From Candidatus Methanoperedenaceae archaeon (GTDB taxonomy: Archaea > Halobacteriota > Methanosarcinia > Methanosarcinales > Methanoperedenaceae): a stretch of DNA of 64,000 nt. Location: the NCBI GenBank assembly GCA_963753595.1, contig CAVWCX010000020.1:16280-80279 (forward strand), read 5' to 3'. Positions 38,299 through 48,579 of the stretch are shown in pieces (within the stretch, counting starts at the first letter, position 1; every line of letters starts with the position of its first letter). The notes beneath the pieces were generated by a model, which saw only the letters and a list, made by a program, of their open reading frames with translations, searched no databases and had not been told where the DNA came from. The translations under genes were made by a program, and so were the position numbers.

Positions 38299-40598
38299 CA
38301 GAAAATGAACCATCCAGGATCGGCGTGTACCTTTGCAGGTGCGGAGGTAATATCGGTGATGTGGTTGACCTCCAGGCAGTTGCGGATAAGCTCAAAGAAG
38401 ATAAAAATGTAATCGTAAATATCCAGGATTACCTTTGCAGCAGCGTTGGGCAGGATAAGATAAAAAACGATATCGAGAAAGGAAAAGTTGACCGTGTTGT
38501 CATAGGTTCATGCTCGCCAAAGCTGCATCTTGAAACCTTCAGGGGTATGGCAAAAACTGCAGGACTTAATCCGAATCTTCTTGAAATAACAAATATCCGG
38601 GAACAGGCAAGCTGGGTTCATGATAAGGACAGTAAGGAAAGCGTGAACTCAAAAGTTTTGGGCCTGATAAAAGGCGCAGCCGCACGAATGGGTTCAATAG
38701 AGCCGCTGACACCTCTCACAAAAAAACTTGTGGACAGGACGCTTGTTGTGGGCGGAGGTATCGCCGGAATAACAACAGCGCTTGAGCTTGCTGATTCCCA
38801 TGAAGTGATATTGATAGAGAAGCTGCCATATCTTGGCGGGCACATGATAGGTCTGTCCAAAACGTTCCCCACACTTGACTGCTCCCAGTGCATTCTTACA
38901 CCGAAGATGGTCGCGGTTCATAATAATCCCGCGATCACCCTGTTCACCCAGACCGAGGTTGCAGATGTCCAGGGAAGCCCCGGGGATTATTCCATTATCC
39001 TGAAGCACAGCCCGCGATATGTGGACATCAAGAAATGTATAAACTGCGGCGCATGCGCAAGGAAATGTCCGAGTGGAGCAATATTTCTTCCATTTGCCCA
39101 GGCCGTTCCGCAGGCGTATATGATCGATATGTCAAAATGCAAGAATTGCGGCGTATGCGTTAAGGTATGCCCGCGCGATGCGATCAATCTTGAAGCAAAA
39201 GAAGAAACAAGTACTATTTCAGTGGGTGCAGTTGCGATAGCGACAGGATTTGAACCTATTGACCCGTCTTTCATAGAAGAATATAATTATCCATCTCCAA
39301 ACATCCTCACGGCTGTTGAATTTGAGGAAATGTTATCTGCAAAGAGCAAGACCGGAATGAGGTTACAAAAAGCTGACGGGACATTCCCGGACAGGGTGGC
39401 ATTTGTCCTTTGCGCAGGGAGCAGGGATTTCACAGGCAAAGGAAGAAAACATTGCTCCAAGGTGTGCTGCATCTATTCGCAAAAGCAGGCGCAGCTTGTG
39501 AAAAAGATGAAGGAGGACGCAGAGGCATGGATCTTCTACATCGATATGCGCTCGGCAGGAAGAAGGTTTGAGGAATTTTATCATCACACGCAGGAAAAAG
39601 GCGTTAATTACGTGCGCGGGAAAGTCGCTGAAATAATCCCGAAAACCGATGGCACTCTCATGGTACAGTACGAGGATACCAACCTTGGCAGGAAAGGACG
39701 CGAAATATTTGATATGGTCGTGCTGTGCCCTGCGCTTATCCCCTCAAAAGGGACAAAAGAAATCGCGGATAAGTTTGGCGTATCTCTTGGCGATGACGGT
39801 TTTATTGAGGAAAAGCATGTCAAGCTTGACCCGGTGAATACTTTAAACCAGTCCGTATTTGCGGCAGGATGCGTGCTTGGCCCCAAGGATATCCATGATT
39901 CAGTTACTGAAGGAATAAGCGCCGCCCATAAAGTCTCACAGTTCCTCGGAAAAGGCATGATATTTATCCCGCCTGAGAAGCCGCTGATCCTTGAGTGCAA
40001 CGGGTGCGGGGATTGCGTGAAAGCCTGCCCGTATAATGCGCTTGCTCTCGCGGGAGGAAAAGCAGTGCTATCGCCTCTTGCATGTACAGGCTGCGGAATA
40101 TGCGTCCCGGCCTGCTCGATAAAAGGCATCGAGATACGAAATTTCACACGCGGCCAGTTAAAGGCACAGCTTCAGGGAATCCTGGATGAAGCACCGGGCG
40201 TAATAGTGTTCATCGACCCGTATGCATATGCTGCTGCCGATATTGCGGGTGTGAACCGGAAACAATACTCCTCTCTTATCAGGTTCGTGAGCGTTCCTTC
40301 AATTCACATCCTTGATTCTGATGTGGTCAATGCCGCTTTTGAATACGGCGCAACTGGCATTATGCTCATTGAAGGGACAACGGATGAGAAACTAACGTCA
40401 CGGTCGGATGACCTGTACAAGAAGCTCAAGAAAGATACACGAAAGCACAAGAAGCCATTGAGGTATTCGCATATCGAGACAGCGCAGTATGAAAAATTGA
40501 CTGATCTTTTGAATGTGTTCGCTTCGCAGGCCGGGGCAAAGGCCGAGAAGAAGAGCAGGAAGGAGAAAGGGGAAAGATCGGAAGAACAAGAGGAATGA
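38295..40598 (+). CDS. hdrA: Heterodisulfide reductase subunit A with a fused degenerate MvhD-like domain
   Basis: IGVYLCRCGGNI, GGGIAG, KTFPTLDCSQC, CSKVCC, GPKDI, ferredoxin motifs; C-terminal AYAAADIAGVNRKQY. Confidence 0.92.
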   Translation: MTENEPSRIGVYLCRCGGNIGDVVDLQAVADKLKEDKNVIVNIQDYLCSSVGQDKIKNDIEKGKVDRVVIGSCSPKLHLETFRGMAKTAGLNPNLLEITNIREQASWVHDKDSKESVNSKVLGLIKGAAARMGSIEPLTPLTKKLVDRTLVVGGGIAGITTALELADSHEVILIEKLPYLGGHMIGLSKTFPTLDCSQCILTPKMVAVHNNPAITLFTQTEVADVQGSPGDYSIILKHSPRYVDIKKCINCGACARKCPSGAIFLPFAQAVPQAYMIDMSKCKNCGVCVKVCPRDAINLEAKEETSTISVGAVAIATGFEPIDPSFIEEYNYPSPNILTAVEFEEMLSAKSKTGMRLQKADGTFPDRVAFVLCAGSRDFTGKGRKHCSKVCCIYSQKQAQLVKKMKEDAEAWIFYIDMRSAGRRFEEFYHHTQEKGVNYVRGKVAEIIPKTDGTLMVQYEDTNLGRKGREIFDMVVLCPALIPSKGTKEIADKFGVSLGDDGFIEEKHVKLDPVNTLNQSVFAAGCVLGPKDIHDSVTEGISAAHKVSQFLGKGMIFIPPEKPLILECNGCGDCVKACPYNALALAGGKAVLSPLACTGCGICVPACSIKGIEIRNFTRGQLKAQLQGILDEAPGVIVFIDPYAYAAADIAGVNRKQYSSLIRFVSVPSIHILDSDVVNAAFEYGATGIMLIEGTTDEKLTSRSDDLYKKLKKDTRKHKKPLRYSHIETAQYEKLTDLLNVFASQAGAKAEKKSRKEKGERSEEQEE

Positions 40599-40624
40599 AA
40601 TAATTTCTTGTAATGCTAAAAATC

Positions 40625-41308
40625 TTATTTTCGGATCATATTTTCCAGCATTTTGCGTTTTTTCTTTAGAGCCGAGATACTGAAGTGATAATATCCCCAC
40701 ACTATAACCGCGCAGATCAAAAGGAATCCAAACATATATGACAAAAGTTCTGTTGTATCCCTGTGGTGATATCTTACCCTGATCTTTTGCCCTGTTGGAT
40801 TATCCCAGACGAGAACTTCTCTTCCTTTTGAGTCCCGTGTAATGTTATTTGGATATGGCTGGATATATCCCAGGAACCTGGTTCCAGATGTGAAATTTTC
40901 GGGCAAGACCACACGTATTGTCCCATTATCTGCCGGAATATAGGTAAAATCCTGCCCTCCTGGCCTGGTATATGCCACAAATCCTGAAAAATTGGTACTG
41001 AAATTAAAGTGCGCATAATTTCTGCCCATCATTGTCTTTATAGACACATTTACGCTGGCATTATTTCCTTTATAATCTACTGCTGCAGGATTCCTGAACG
41101 TCTGGATGCTGTCTTCTATCCTGTAATCAACAGATGTCTGGTTAATGACATTGTCTATTACCTGGGTGAAAGAAAGATTCAGATAAAAAATAGTAGTATT
41201 TTCCAGGCCGGGAAGTTCATACTGCGAAGGATCGCCAGTTTTAACTTCAGGGGAAATGCATCCGGTGGCCAGGACCGAAAACATGACCAGTGCAATAATT
41301 AATTTCAT
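40625..41308 (-). CDS. Hypothetical lipoprotein/membrane protein (DUF5803-like)
   Basis: LATGC lipobox, VVLPENF..FLG, C-terminal TM and basic tail. Confidence 0.6.
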   Translation of the reverse strand: MKLIIALVMFSVLATGCISPEVKTGDPSQYELPGLENTTIFYLNLSFTQVIDNVINQTSVDYRIEDSIQTFRNPAAVDYKGNNASVNVSIKTMMGRNYAHFNFSTNFSGFVAYTRPGGQDFTYIPADNGTIRVVLPENFTSGTRFLGYIQPYPNNITRDSKGREVLVWDNPTGQKIRVRYHHRDTTELLSYMFGFLLICAVIVWGYYHFSISALKKKRKMLENMIRK

Positions 41309-41393
41309 GAATGCTCCAACATACACATACAGCCCTTAAATATTATCCTCTGGCAGCTTAGTTGACAGCTTAATAATTCCCTCTTAATTCCCT

Positions 41394-43286
41394 CTAAACG
41401 AATAGCGTAAAAAAAAGATAGGCTATAGTCATCATAATCACCGAATGTTTAAGGCCATCGTACACGCTTTCTCCCATCATCTGGCCGACAATAATACCTG
41501 AAAAAAACCCCTGTATCACAGATGCATGCATGAACAATAAGGAATATTCTGCTTTCTGGGAACTTATCATGAGCATTCCGGAATTTGTTGAACCCATATC
41601 CGGTATCTTTGGAAGGAACATGGTCGCGAATACATATAATACAAGCAGGAATACCGCGAAGGACATATATACAACGATCAGGTAAGAAAAAAGGACCGTG
41701 AATTTCTGTTTCTTGAGTTTATCCGCTAGCATCGCTTCATTTGCCGCAACACGAAGCGTTTCTTTGATATTTCCTGTGGACTCGCTTGCTTTTGTAATCA
41801 GGGTTACGATCCTTGAAATGGAGATTGTCCTGACCCTGTGCTCGAATTTTGTCATTGCCCCGAGCACGCTATTGCTCCATAAAATATCCTTATGCATGAG
41901 TTTTACTTCGGTGCTTAAAACACCCATGTTAATTTTGGTTATGGATCTTATGGCATCAGAAAGCGGCATACCCACATCGCTAATGGCTGCCATCCGCCTC
42001 AAAAATACAGGCACTGAGTCCTCAATTGCCCTGATGCGCCGCGTCTGTGTTTCATAAAGCAACAGGAATGGTACAAGCATTATCAATAAGCTTAATATTA
42101 TTGAGTCATCCAGGACATCAACAGTTATCTTTTTTGTGTGAATCGAAAATATAAAATATATCAATGCAGCAGGAATTGTGATATAGAAAGCTTTTACCGG
42201 GTCACCGAAAAAGCTCTTGAGGGGATTTTTTCTTATTTCTACTAAGCTTGTCCACCTCAAAGACCTCATAAGTTTTCGTATCGATCTCTCATCATCGTTT
42301 GAAACTTTTGTCCTGATATCATCGTAATGTTGGATCTTTTTAGATACTGAATATATTTTGACCAGCTTCAAATCGCTTCCAAGGGAAACTGCACTTAACA
42401 GAATACTAAATGCGACGGCACTTAAAGGAATTACAGCATATATAAGAATCTTAAGGTTCAGCAGGTTCCCCGGACCCATAAGTCCCATGACTATGAAAAT
42501 TGTTATCAAAAACAAAGGACCAGCAACGAAAACTGTAATGTAGGTCTCAGCCAGCATACCAAGCATCTCAAGATACATGTTCTGGTCTGACTCGGCTGTA
42601 TCCTGGTAATTTGAGACCATATTCCCGAAGAATGCATCAAGGTCACCGCTTGTTTCAACGACATTTATGAGGTTTTCAAGAAAACCCCTGAACTTCTCGG
42701 ATTGGGTATTGGTGGAAGCATTTTTAAGTGCCGTTATAATATCATTGCCGTGTATTTCAGTATCCAGGACAATATATTCGATCTCTTCTGCAAATTCCCC
42801 GTAGATGCCAGTGTACTGTCTCAGAGATTTAAATATTGAAATAAGACTCAATCCGCCTTTACTCATTGCGGACATATAGGCAACGCCATGCGGAAGGGTC
42901 AGGTCTATTTTGCTTTTTCTTATTTTTGCAACAAGTCCCGGATATGCCAGGATAAGATAATAGGATTTGAATGCAAGGTACATGCAAATGAATACAATGA
43001 TCAAAACCATGAACAAAAATTCACCATATTCCCTGAAATAAAATCCCGGGATGGCTTTAAAATAATTTAAATATAAAATATCCAACAGGGGTGCAAGTAA
43101 TAAACCAACTACAAAGCCAATGAAACCAATTATTATGGAATAAAGATATGCGCTGCTTACATAAATATCCCAGGGCATTGCTATATGTGCCTGTTTGATG
43201 GATAATTTTACAGAAAAATAACTCTCTTTATTTTTTCTTACAAAATTCCCGAAAATGGCAAATGCAAGCTTATTTAATCTATTCAT
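41394..43286 (-). CDS. Type II secretion/type IV pilus platform protein (FlaJ/TadC-like, two T2SSF domains)
   Basis: Multiple TMs, AETYIT, GMPLSDAI, GLKHS. Confidence 0.87.
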   Translation of the reverse strand: MNRLNKLAFAIFGNFVRKNKESYFSVKLSIKQAHIAMPWDIYVSSAYLYSIIIGFIGFVVGLLLAPLLDILYLNYFKAIPGFYFREYGEFLFMVLIIVFICMYLAFKSYYLILAYPGLVAKIRKSKIDLTLPHGVAYMSAMSKGGLSLISIFKSLRQYTGIYGEFAEEIEYIVLDTEIHGNDIITALKNASTNTQSEKFRGFLENLINVVETSGDLDAFFGNMVSNYQDTAESDQNMYLEMLGMLAETYITVFVAGPLFLITIFIVMGLMGPGNLLNLKILIYAVIPLSAVAFSILLSAVSLGSDLKLVKIYSVSKKIQHYDDIRTKVSNDDERSIRKLMRSLRWTSLVEIRKNPLKSFFGDPVKAFYITIPAALIYFIFSIHTKKITVDVLDDSIILSLLIMLVPFLLLYETQTRRIRAIEDSVPVFLRRMAAISDVGMPLSDAIRSITKINMGVLSTEVKLMHKDILWSNSVLGAMTKFEHRVRTISISRIVTLITKASESTGNIKETLRVAANEAMLADKLKKQKFTVLFSYLIVVYMSFAVFLLVLYVFATMFLPKIPDMGSTNSGMLMISSQKAEYSLLFMHASVIQGFFSGIIVGQMMGESVYDGLKHSVIMMTIAYLFFTLFV

Positions 43287-44905
43287 ATCTTCCCAATAAA
43301 TTCCATGGTTTTTCCGGAATCAGCGTAGTAGCTCTGGATAAGAGAAACAATTTCATACTCATCCATTTCTTTTTCAACCATATATTCAAGAACTTTTTTC
43401 CTGTTCTCAAGTTCAAGGCTCACCTGTTTTTCATCCCAGTTCCGGCTTGCCATGATATCTTCAAGAACGAATGATTTCCCTGTATTCCTGAAAGTATCAT
43501 CTTTCGGGTCCCACAAATAAAGTTCATTGAATCGCAGGTCCTGGCTCTTCGGATCGATTCCAATGAATTCTATTATGCTGTCAAGGCGCCGTACTCTTTT
43601 GTCCCCGGAAATTATCATCTTCTGGATACAAAGGATATCGAGGGCCTGGATCATTACGCGGGGGACATTTATCGGGTCGCCTTCAAGCCGGCTGATAACC
43701 GTATCCACAGAATCCGCATGCATTGTGGAATAAGTTGTATGGCCGGTATTAATGGCCTGGAACAGCGTCATGGCCTCTTTTCCCCTGATCTCCCCGACAA
43801 TAATATATTCGGGACGCTGCCTGAGCGCCTGGCGCAAAAGTTCATACATATCAATATCGGCTACAGTGTCTGTTTTTGAAAACGATTCACGAGTGACGCT
43901 TCCGATCCAGTTCGTATGGTGCAGCATGAGTTCGTGCGTATCCTCGATACTGACTATTTTAGCGACAGGTGGAATAAAAAGTGAAACAGAATTTAATGAT
44001 GAGGTTTTTCCGGCTGCGGTTGCGCCTGCAAATATCATGCTTTTGTTATTTTCAACAGCAAGCCACAGGTAAGCAAGTATTTCCGGAGAATATGTGCCAT
44101 TCTTTATAAGATCAGCAGGCGTAAAGGCATGTTCACGGAATTTCCTGATCGTAAATGAACTTCCCCTGAAGGTAACCTCTTTTCCGAACGAGGCATTCAG
44201 GCGCGAGCCATCAGGAAGTGTGCTGTTGACCAGAGGCTCGCCAATGGATATCTGCTTGCCGCATCTTTGTGTAAGCTTGATTACGAATGAATCAAGCTTC
44301 TGTCCTTCGAATGAGATATTAGTCTTGAGATTATGGTATTTCCTGTGATACACAAATATCGGAACACCCGAACCGTCACAGGATATATCTTCTATTTGCG
44401 GATCCTTCATAAGTGCATCAAGCCTTTCGTATCCGATATAATCCCGTTTGATATAATAGAGAATCTTATAGATGGCTTTTGTATCTATTTCCATTGAATA
44501 ACTGTCGATCAGCTCAAGAGTTTTAGTCTCGATGATCTCCTCTTTTGTCTGGCTTGAACTTTCATAAACAGTAAGGGTGTCCAGGATATTTTCATAAACA
44601 GTCTCAAGCACCATCCGTTCAAAAACACTGAGTTCCGGCTCTACTACCTGGTATTGATATTCATTTTTCTCTTCATTATAGAGGATTGAAACAAATACAT
44701 AAGGTTCATTGACCGGGTAAATCTCTTTTTCAATAAAACCAGCTGATCCTTCAAAATCGATCAGTTTCCCGGACTTTTCCACGGAATAAGGTGGAAGTAT
44801 GGGTTTTTTCCGGGTCAGGATATGGAGGTAACTCCTGAGGTCCTCATATTCTTCTTTTATTTTTTCTTTGAAACTTATTTTTGAAGTTTCACGTTTTAAT
44901 TCCAT
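43283..44905 (-). CDS. Type II/IV secretion ATPase (FlaI/VirB11-like)
   Basis: IEDISCDG, GATAAGKTS, SIEDT, LRQRPEYIIVGEIRG, TGH..TMHA. Confidence 0.92.
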   Translation of the reverse strand: MELKRETSKISFKEKIKEEYEDLRSYLHILTRKKPILPPYSVEKSGKLIDFEGSAGFIEKEIYPVNEPYVFVSILYNEEKNEYQYQVVEPELSVFERMVLETVYENILDTLTVYESSSQTKEEIIETKTLELIDSYSMEIDTKAIYKILYYIKRDYIGYERLDALMKDPQIEDISCDGSGVPIFVYHRKYHNLKTNISFEGQKLDSFVIKLTQRCGKQISIGEPLVNSTLPDGSRLNASFGKEVTFRGSSFTIRKFREHAFTPADLIKNGTYSPEILAYLWLAVENNKSMIFAGATAAGKTSSLNSVSLFIPPVAKIVSIEDTHELMLHHTNWIGSVTRESFSKTDTVADIDMYELLRQALRQRPEYIIVGEIRGKEAMTLFQAINTGHTTYSTMHADSVDTVISRLEGDPINVPRVMIQALDILCIQKMIISGDKRVRRLDSIIEFIGIDPKSQDLRFNELYLWDPKDDTFRNTGKSFVLEDIMASRNWDEKQVSLELENRKKVLEYMVEKEMDEYEIVSLIQSYYADSGKTMEFIGKI

Positions 44906-44941
44906 TTGATCAAGCCCGATGAAGACTATATATTTATATAT

Positions 44942-45012
44942 TATATCATTATCAATATTTTATTACAAACTATATCATTATCAATATTTCATTACAAACT
45001 ATTTCATTATCA
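44942..45012. repeat. 29-bp tandem repeat (about 2.5 copies) in a divergent promoter region
   Basis: TATATCATTATCAATATTT(T/C)ATTACAAAC at 44942 and 44971, partial copy at 45000. Confidence 0.85.
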
Positions 45013-45088
45013 TTATTATCACGATAATTTCATATACTTTTCGCTTCATCAATAATATACATTTAAATTTCGTAAGGAAGAAAATTTC

Positions 45089-45913
45089 ATGGACTTAAAG
45101 AAAAATCCAACCTGTATCGAGTCACTTGACCCTGTGCTACAGGGCGGTTTTCCTTCGGGTTCCCTGGTGCTGTTACTGGGCGAGATCGGCGCTGGAGAGT
45201 TCGAATTTGCCATCTCATCGATCGCAAGACTGCTCAACAGGCCAAAACAGGGAACAGGTACGCTATTTCCGGATAAGGTTTGTTATATTTCATTAACCCG
45301 TGGAAAAGATGATATTATGAAAGAGATCGCATTCTCATTCCCGGAATTTTACAATATGATCAAGGATCGGCTGGAATTCAAAGATTTTTCTGAGGCTTTT
45401 TTTGCAAGATCTTTCATTCCCATTAACTGGCGTTGCTCTTTACAGACCGAGCTTTCATTTGATTCCCTGAAATGGGACAATGAGGAAGAAAACCTTGTTG
45501 TCGCACTCATCGATTATCTTGATAAGAAAGCTCATGGAAGCATTGTAATAATTGATTCTTTAACAGTACTTGCAAAGCATTGCCTGGAGCGCATGGAATG
45601 GAAAGATCTCATAATGTTCTTGCGCGGGCTTCAAAAAGCTTCAAAAAAATGGGACGGTCTTGTGTATACTATGCTGGGCGAAGGGATTTTTGAGAAAAAT
45701 AAGCAGGAAGAAATACAGGATTGCATGGATGGAGTGATCGTTTTTGAATGGGATAAACAGGGGAGTTCAAAAAGACAGCGTGTTATGTATATGAAAAAAT
45801 TCAGGGGACTTCTACCGGTATTGGACCAGGATAATATTGTCAATTTTGAGACCCAGATAAGTTCACAAAAAGGTTTCGAAGTATCGAATATAAAAAGAGT
45901 CAGAGGGAGATAA
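45089..45913 (+). CDS. KaiC/RAD55-like protein with a degenerate Walker A
   Basis: PTCIESLDPVLQGGFP, GEIGAGEFE (no Lys), IIDSL, DGVIVF. Confidence 0.82.
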   Translation: MDLKKNPTCIESLDPVLQGGFPSGSLVLLLGEIGAGEFEFAISSIARLLNRPKQGTGTLFPDKVCYISLTRGKDDIMKEIAFSFPEFYNMIKDRLEFKDFSEAFFARSFIPINWRCSLQTELSFDSLKWDNEEENLVVALIDYLDKKAHGSIVIIDSLTVLAKHCLERMEWKDLIMFLRGLQKASKKWDGLVYTMLGEGIFEKNKQEEIQDCMDGVIVFEWDKQGSSKRQRVMYMKKFRGLLPVLDQDNIVNFETQISSQKGFEVSNIKRVRGR

Positions 45914-46611
45914 TGGAAGTACTGAACACCGGAGTGGCAGGACTCGATGAAATGTTAAAGGGCGGGATCCCGAAAAAACATATTGTTGCGGTTCTTGGTT
46001 CACCCGGTACGGGTAAATCCACTTTTGCATTGCAATTCATATATGCAGGACTTTTAAAAGGCGAGAACTGCATTTACCTTAGCCTTGAAGAAAGCGAGGA
46101 CATGATCGTCAATACCGCTTCTATCTTCGGCTGGGACCTGAAGCCGTTCATTACAAACAAAAAACTGGTTTTGATACGTTTAAGCGCCTTGAATATCAAA
46201 GTAACAGCCGCCCGGGTCGAAAATGATTTGCCCCGACTCTTTGAGTCATTTGGGGTTAAAAGGCTCGTTATTGACCCGATAACATTGTATGAAATGTTGT
46301 ATGAGACTGAATCTTTGCGCCGCGAACATCTCTTTAATTTTGCGGAAAAGATCAGGGAACATGGGATAACTTTGATTATGACTTCAGAAACTAACAATAC
46401 CAATCCATATAATTCAAAATTCGGGCTTATTGAATATATAGCGGATGGAGTTATTTTATTAAGGCAGGTAAGGCAAAACGACCTTCGATCAGTCACAACA
46501 GTGATCGAAGTCTCAAAAATGAGGCGGATTGACCATTCAAGGGATATCAAACCTTACGCCATATCAAAAAATGGGATAGTTGTACATTCTGAGGCTGAGG
46601 TTTTCAGTTAG
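45913..46611 (+). CDS. KaiC-domain ATPase
   Basis: TGVAGLDEMLKGGIP, GSPGTGKST, SLEE, RLVID, KMR. Confidence 0.9.
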   Translation: MEVLNTGVAGLDEMLKGGIPKKHIVAVLGSPGTGKSTFALQFIYAGLLKGENCIYLSLEESEDMIVNTASIFGWDLKPFITNKKLVLIRLSALNIKVTAARVENDLPRLFESFGVKRLVIDPITLYEMLYETESLRREHLFNFAEKIREHGITLIMTSETNNTNPYNSKFGLIEYIADGVILLRQVRQNDLRSVTTVIEVSKMRRIDHSRDIKPYAISKNGIVVHSEAEVFS

Positions 46612-46624
46612 GGGATTCAAACCA

Positions 46625-47791
46625 CTAACTCCACATCTGGCCGCCGAGTATCGTTTCGGTCTTATCGTTGGTGCTCTGGTGAATTTTTTTGATCCTGACA
46701 AGAAATTCATTTCCTATTTTCTCAGGCTGCTCAAAAACAGCATCTACTCCCAGTAATCTAAGGAACTCTTCAAATTCCGTAACGGTTTTAAGGCTTTTCA
46801 CCCTTATCTGTACATTTTCAGCAATTCGTTCTCCATATTTCTTCTTTTTAATTGTGGAGATCATGGGCAGGAGTATGCTTTCCCCAAGTTCCTGGCATCT
46901 TTTCCTCGCACTATCCTCATCTTCATCCCATTCTACTGACTGGAATGCTTCCCTGCAAACCCTTCCGAAGAAAAAATCCCGTCCAAAATCATTGTAGAAT
47001 TCAAAAGCATATTTGAGATCGGCGCAATTACTGAGCGAGCTTGTGTACTTGACCGGGGGCACGATCATTTGAGGGTCTTTAATGACAACGCCTTCGCGTA
47101 ATGTGTCACCAAAACCCTTTATGATGTCCGTAATTGCATCATGAGCCTCTGGGACATCGAATTCACCAAAAAGATGCACGGATTTTATCCCGTATTCATC
47201 CATAAGTTTTCGCCTTTCCGTTACAGGCATGGGATTTCCGGAATTTTTTTCCCTGACATCAAAAACAAAAAAATCCAGGGATTCTATGTTATAAAATGTT
47301 TTAGGTACATAAGGGCTGTCCGGTCCTACCATCTCGCCGGCCAGCACAAGTTCCGGATGGTCATGGAAAAAGTCCAGCCCGATCAGGTCATTTGCCTTCT
47401 GCGTTGTATAAGGACATATAAAACCGCCGCGAGTAAGCGCTACAAGTTTATCGCCGATCAGTGTTACCCTGACGTTGTACCCGTTCATTTTCTCTTCAAC
47501 CGCCACTTTATTGCAGGAAGAAAAATGCTTAATGAGCGCTGGATACAGCATCAAGGTGCGTGATATCTTAGGAAAACCCCGCACGATCCCGAATGGTTCA
47601 AGAAATACGCAAGTTCCTCCTTCGACAGAGGAAACCGGCTTATCGAACCTGAATAAATCCAGTTTCCCATATACATATTGTAAAGTCTTTCGTCTCAGCG
47701 CCCCTGTAATGCTATGTTCGGGAATATCCAGCAGGCGGGATATTTTTCCAATATCAAGTTTATTAGTTAATTCTGAGACATCCCGTCTCAT
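46625..47791 (-). CDS. ATP-dependent RNA ligase, Pab1020/Rnl3 family
   Basis: RGFPKI, EEKMNGYNVR, TRGGFICPY, GEMVG, REGVVIKD, KYT. Confidence 0.92.
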   Translation of the reverse strand: MRRDVSELTNKLDIGKISRLLDIPEHSITGALRRKTLQYVYGKLDLFRFDKPVSSVEGGTCVFLEPFGIVRGFPKISRTLMLYPALIKHFSSCNKVAVEEKMNGYNVRVTLIGDKLVALTRGGFICPYTTQKANDLIGLDFFHDHPELVLAGEMVGPDSPYVPKTFYNIESLDFFVFDVREKNSGNPMPVTERRKLMDEYGIKSVHLFGEFDVPEAHDAITDIIKGFGDTLREGVVIKDPQMIVPPVKYTSSLSNCADLKYAFEFYNDFGRDFFFGRVCREAFQSVEWDEDEDSARKRCQELGESILLPMISTIKKKKYGERIAENVQIRVKSLKTVTEFEEFLRLLGVDAVFEQPEKIGNEFLVRIKKIHQSTNDKTETILGGQMWS

Positions 47792-48570
47792 CCTTTTGCC
47801 GCCACATACTTTATGATCTCTCGCCTGCTGATAACCCCTACCATTTCATCCCTCAGGTTCAACACAGGCACTCCGCCAATGTTTTCTTTCAGGAGAATCG
47901 ATATTACTTCAGTTATCGGGGTATTTGTCCGGACTGATTTTACATTGTGGGTCATAATATCACCCACTATCAGATTGCGGATCCTCACATCCTGCTGATT
48001 GTCAGGTACCAGATCCCTGAAATTCATCAATGCTTTTGCAACATCTCTTTCAGTGATAATTCCGACAATATCGCCGTTTTCGACGACAGGTAATCTTCCG
48101 ATATCGTTATCGAGCATAATACGTCTTGCATGGGAAACCCTGTCTCCCGGACTTATGGAAATCGGCTCTTTCAGGATCTCGGCGGCATATCCCTTTATGC
48201 CCTTTGCGTTTTTCAGGATCTCATGAGGAGTGACCCACCCCATGATCTTACTATTATCCGTTACTATCAGGATCCCGCCTTTTCTGTCCATCAATGCGGT
48301 CGCATCTTCTATACCCATATCAGGGAGTACCCTGGTGAATGCATCCGTTGTTGCAGATGTAACATGCAGCGATGATGCCGGAAGATTTGAAGTCTTCCAG
48401 GTCCCGAGTTTGTTGGCAATGCTTCTCATAGTGATTACCCCCGTAGGCTCACTTTCGTTAAGGACAAGAAGCCTTCGTGTATCATGTTTATCCATCAGGT
48501 CCATTGCATGTGATATCTTATCTGATTTATGCACAGTAATTGCTTCACTCATTATGTTTTTTACGTTCAT
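47788..48570 (-). CDS. CBS-domain protein (four CBS repeats)
   Basis: IGRLPVV, GIITERD, IGGVPV. Confidence 0.88.
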   Translation of the reverse strand: MNVKNIMSEAITVHKSDKISHAMDLMDKHDTRRLLVLNESEPTGVITMRSIANKLGTWKTSNLPASSLHVTSATTDAFTRVLPDMGIEDATALMDRKGGILIVTDNSKIMGWVTPHEILKNAKGIKGYAAEILKEPISISPGDRVSHARRIMLDNDIGRLPVVENGDIVGIITERDVAKALMNFRDLVPDNQQDVRIRNLIVGDIMTHNVKSVRTNTPITEVISILLKENIGGVPVLNLRDEMVGVISRREIIKYVAAKG

Positions 48571-48579
48571 AGTATCACC

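Noticed and set aside
44942-45012. Borg-type tandem repeat indicating an extrachromosomal element
   Set aside because: A single imperfect repeat within a region full of core chromosomal genes.
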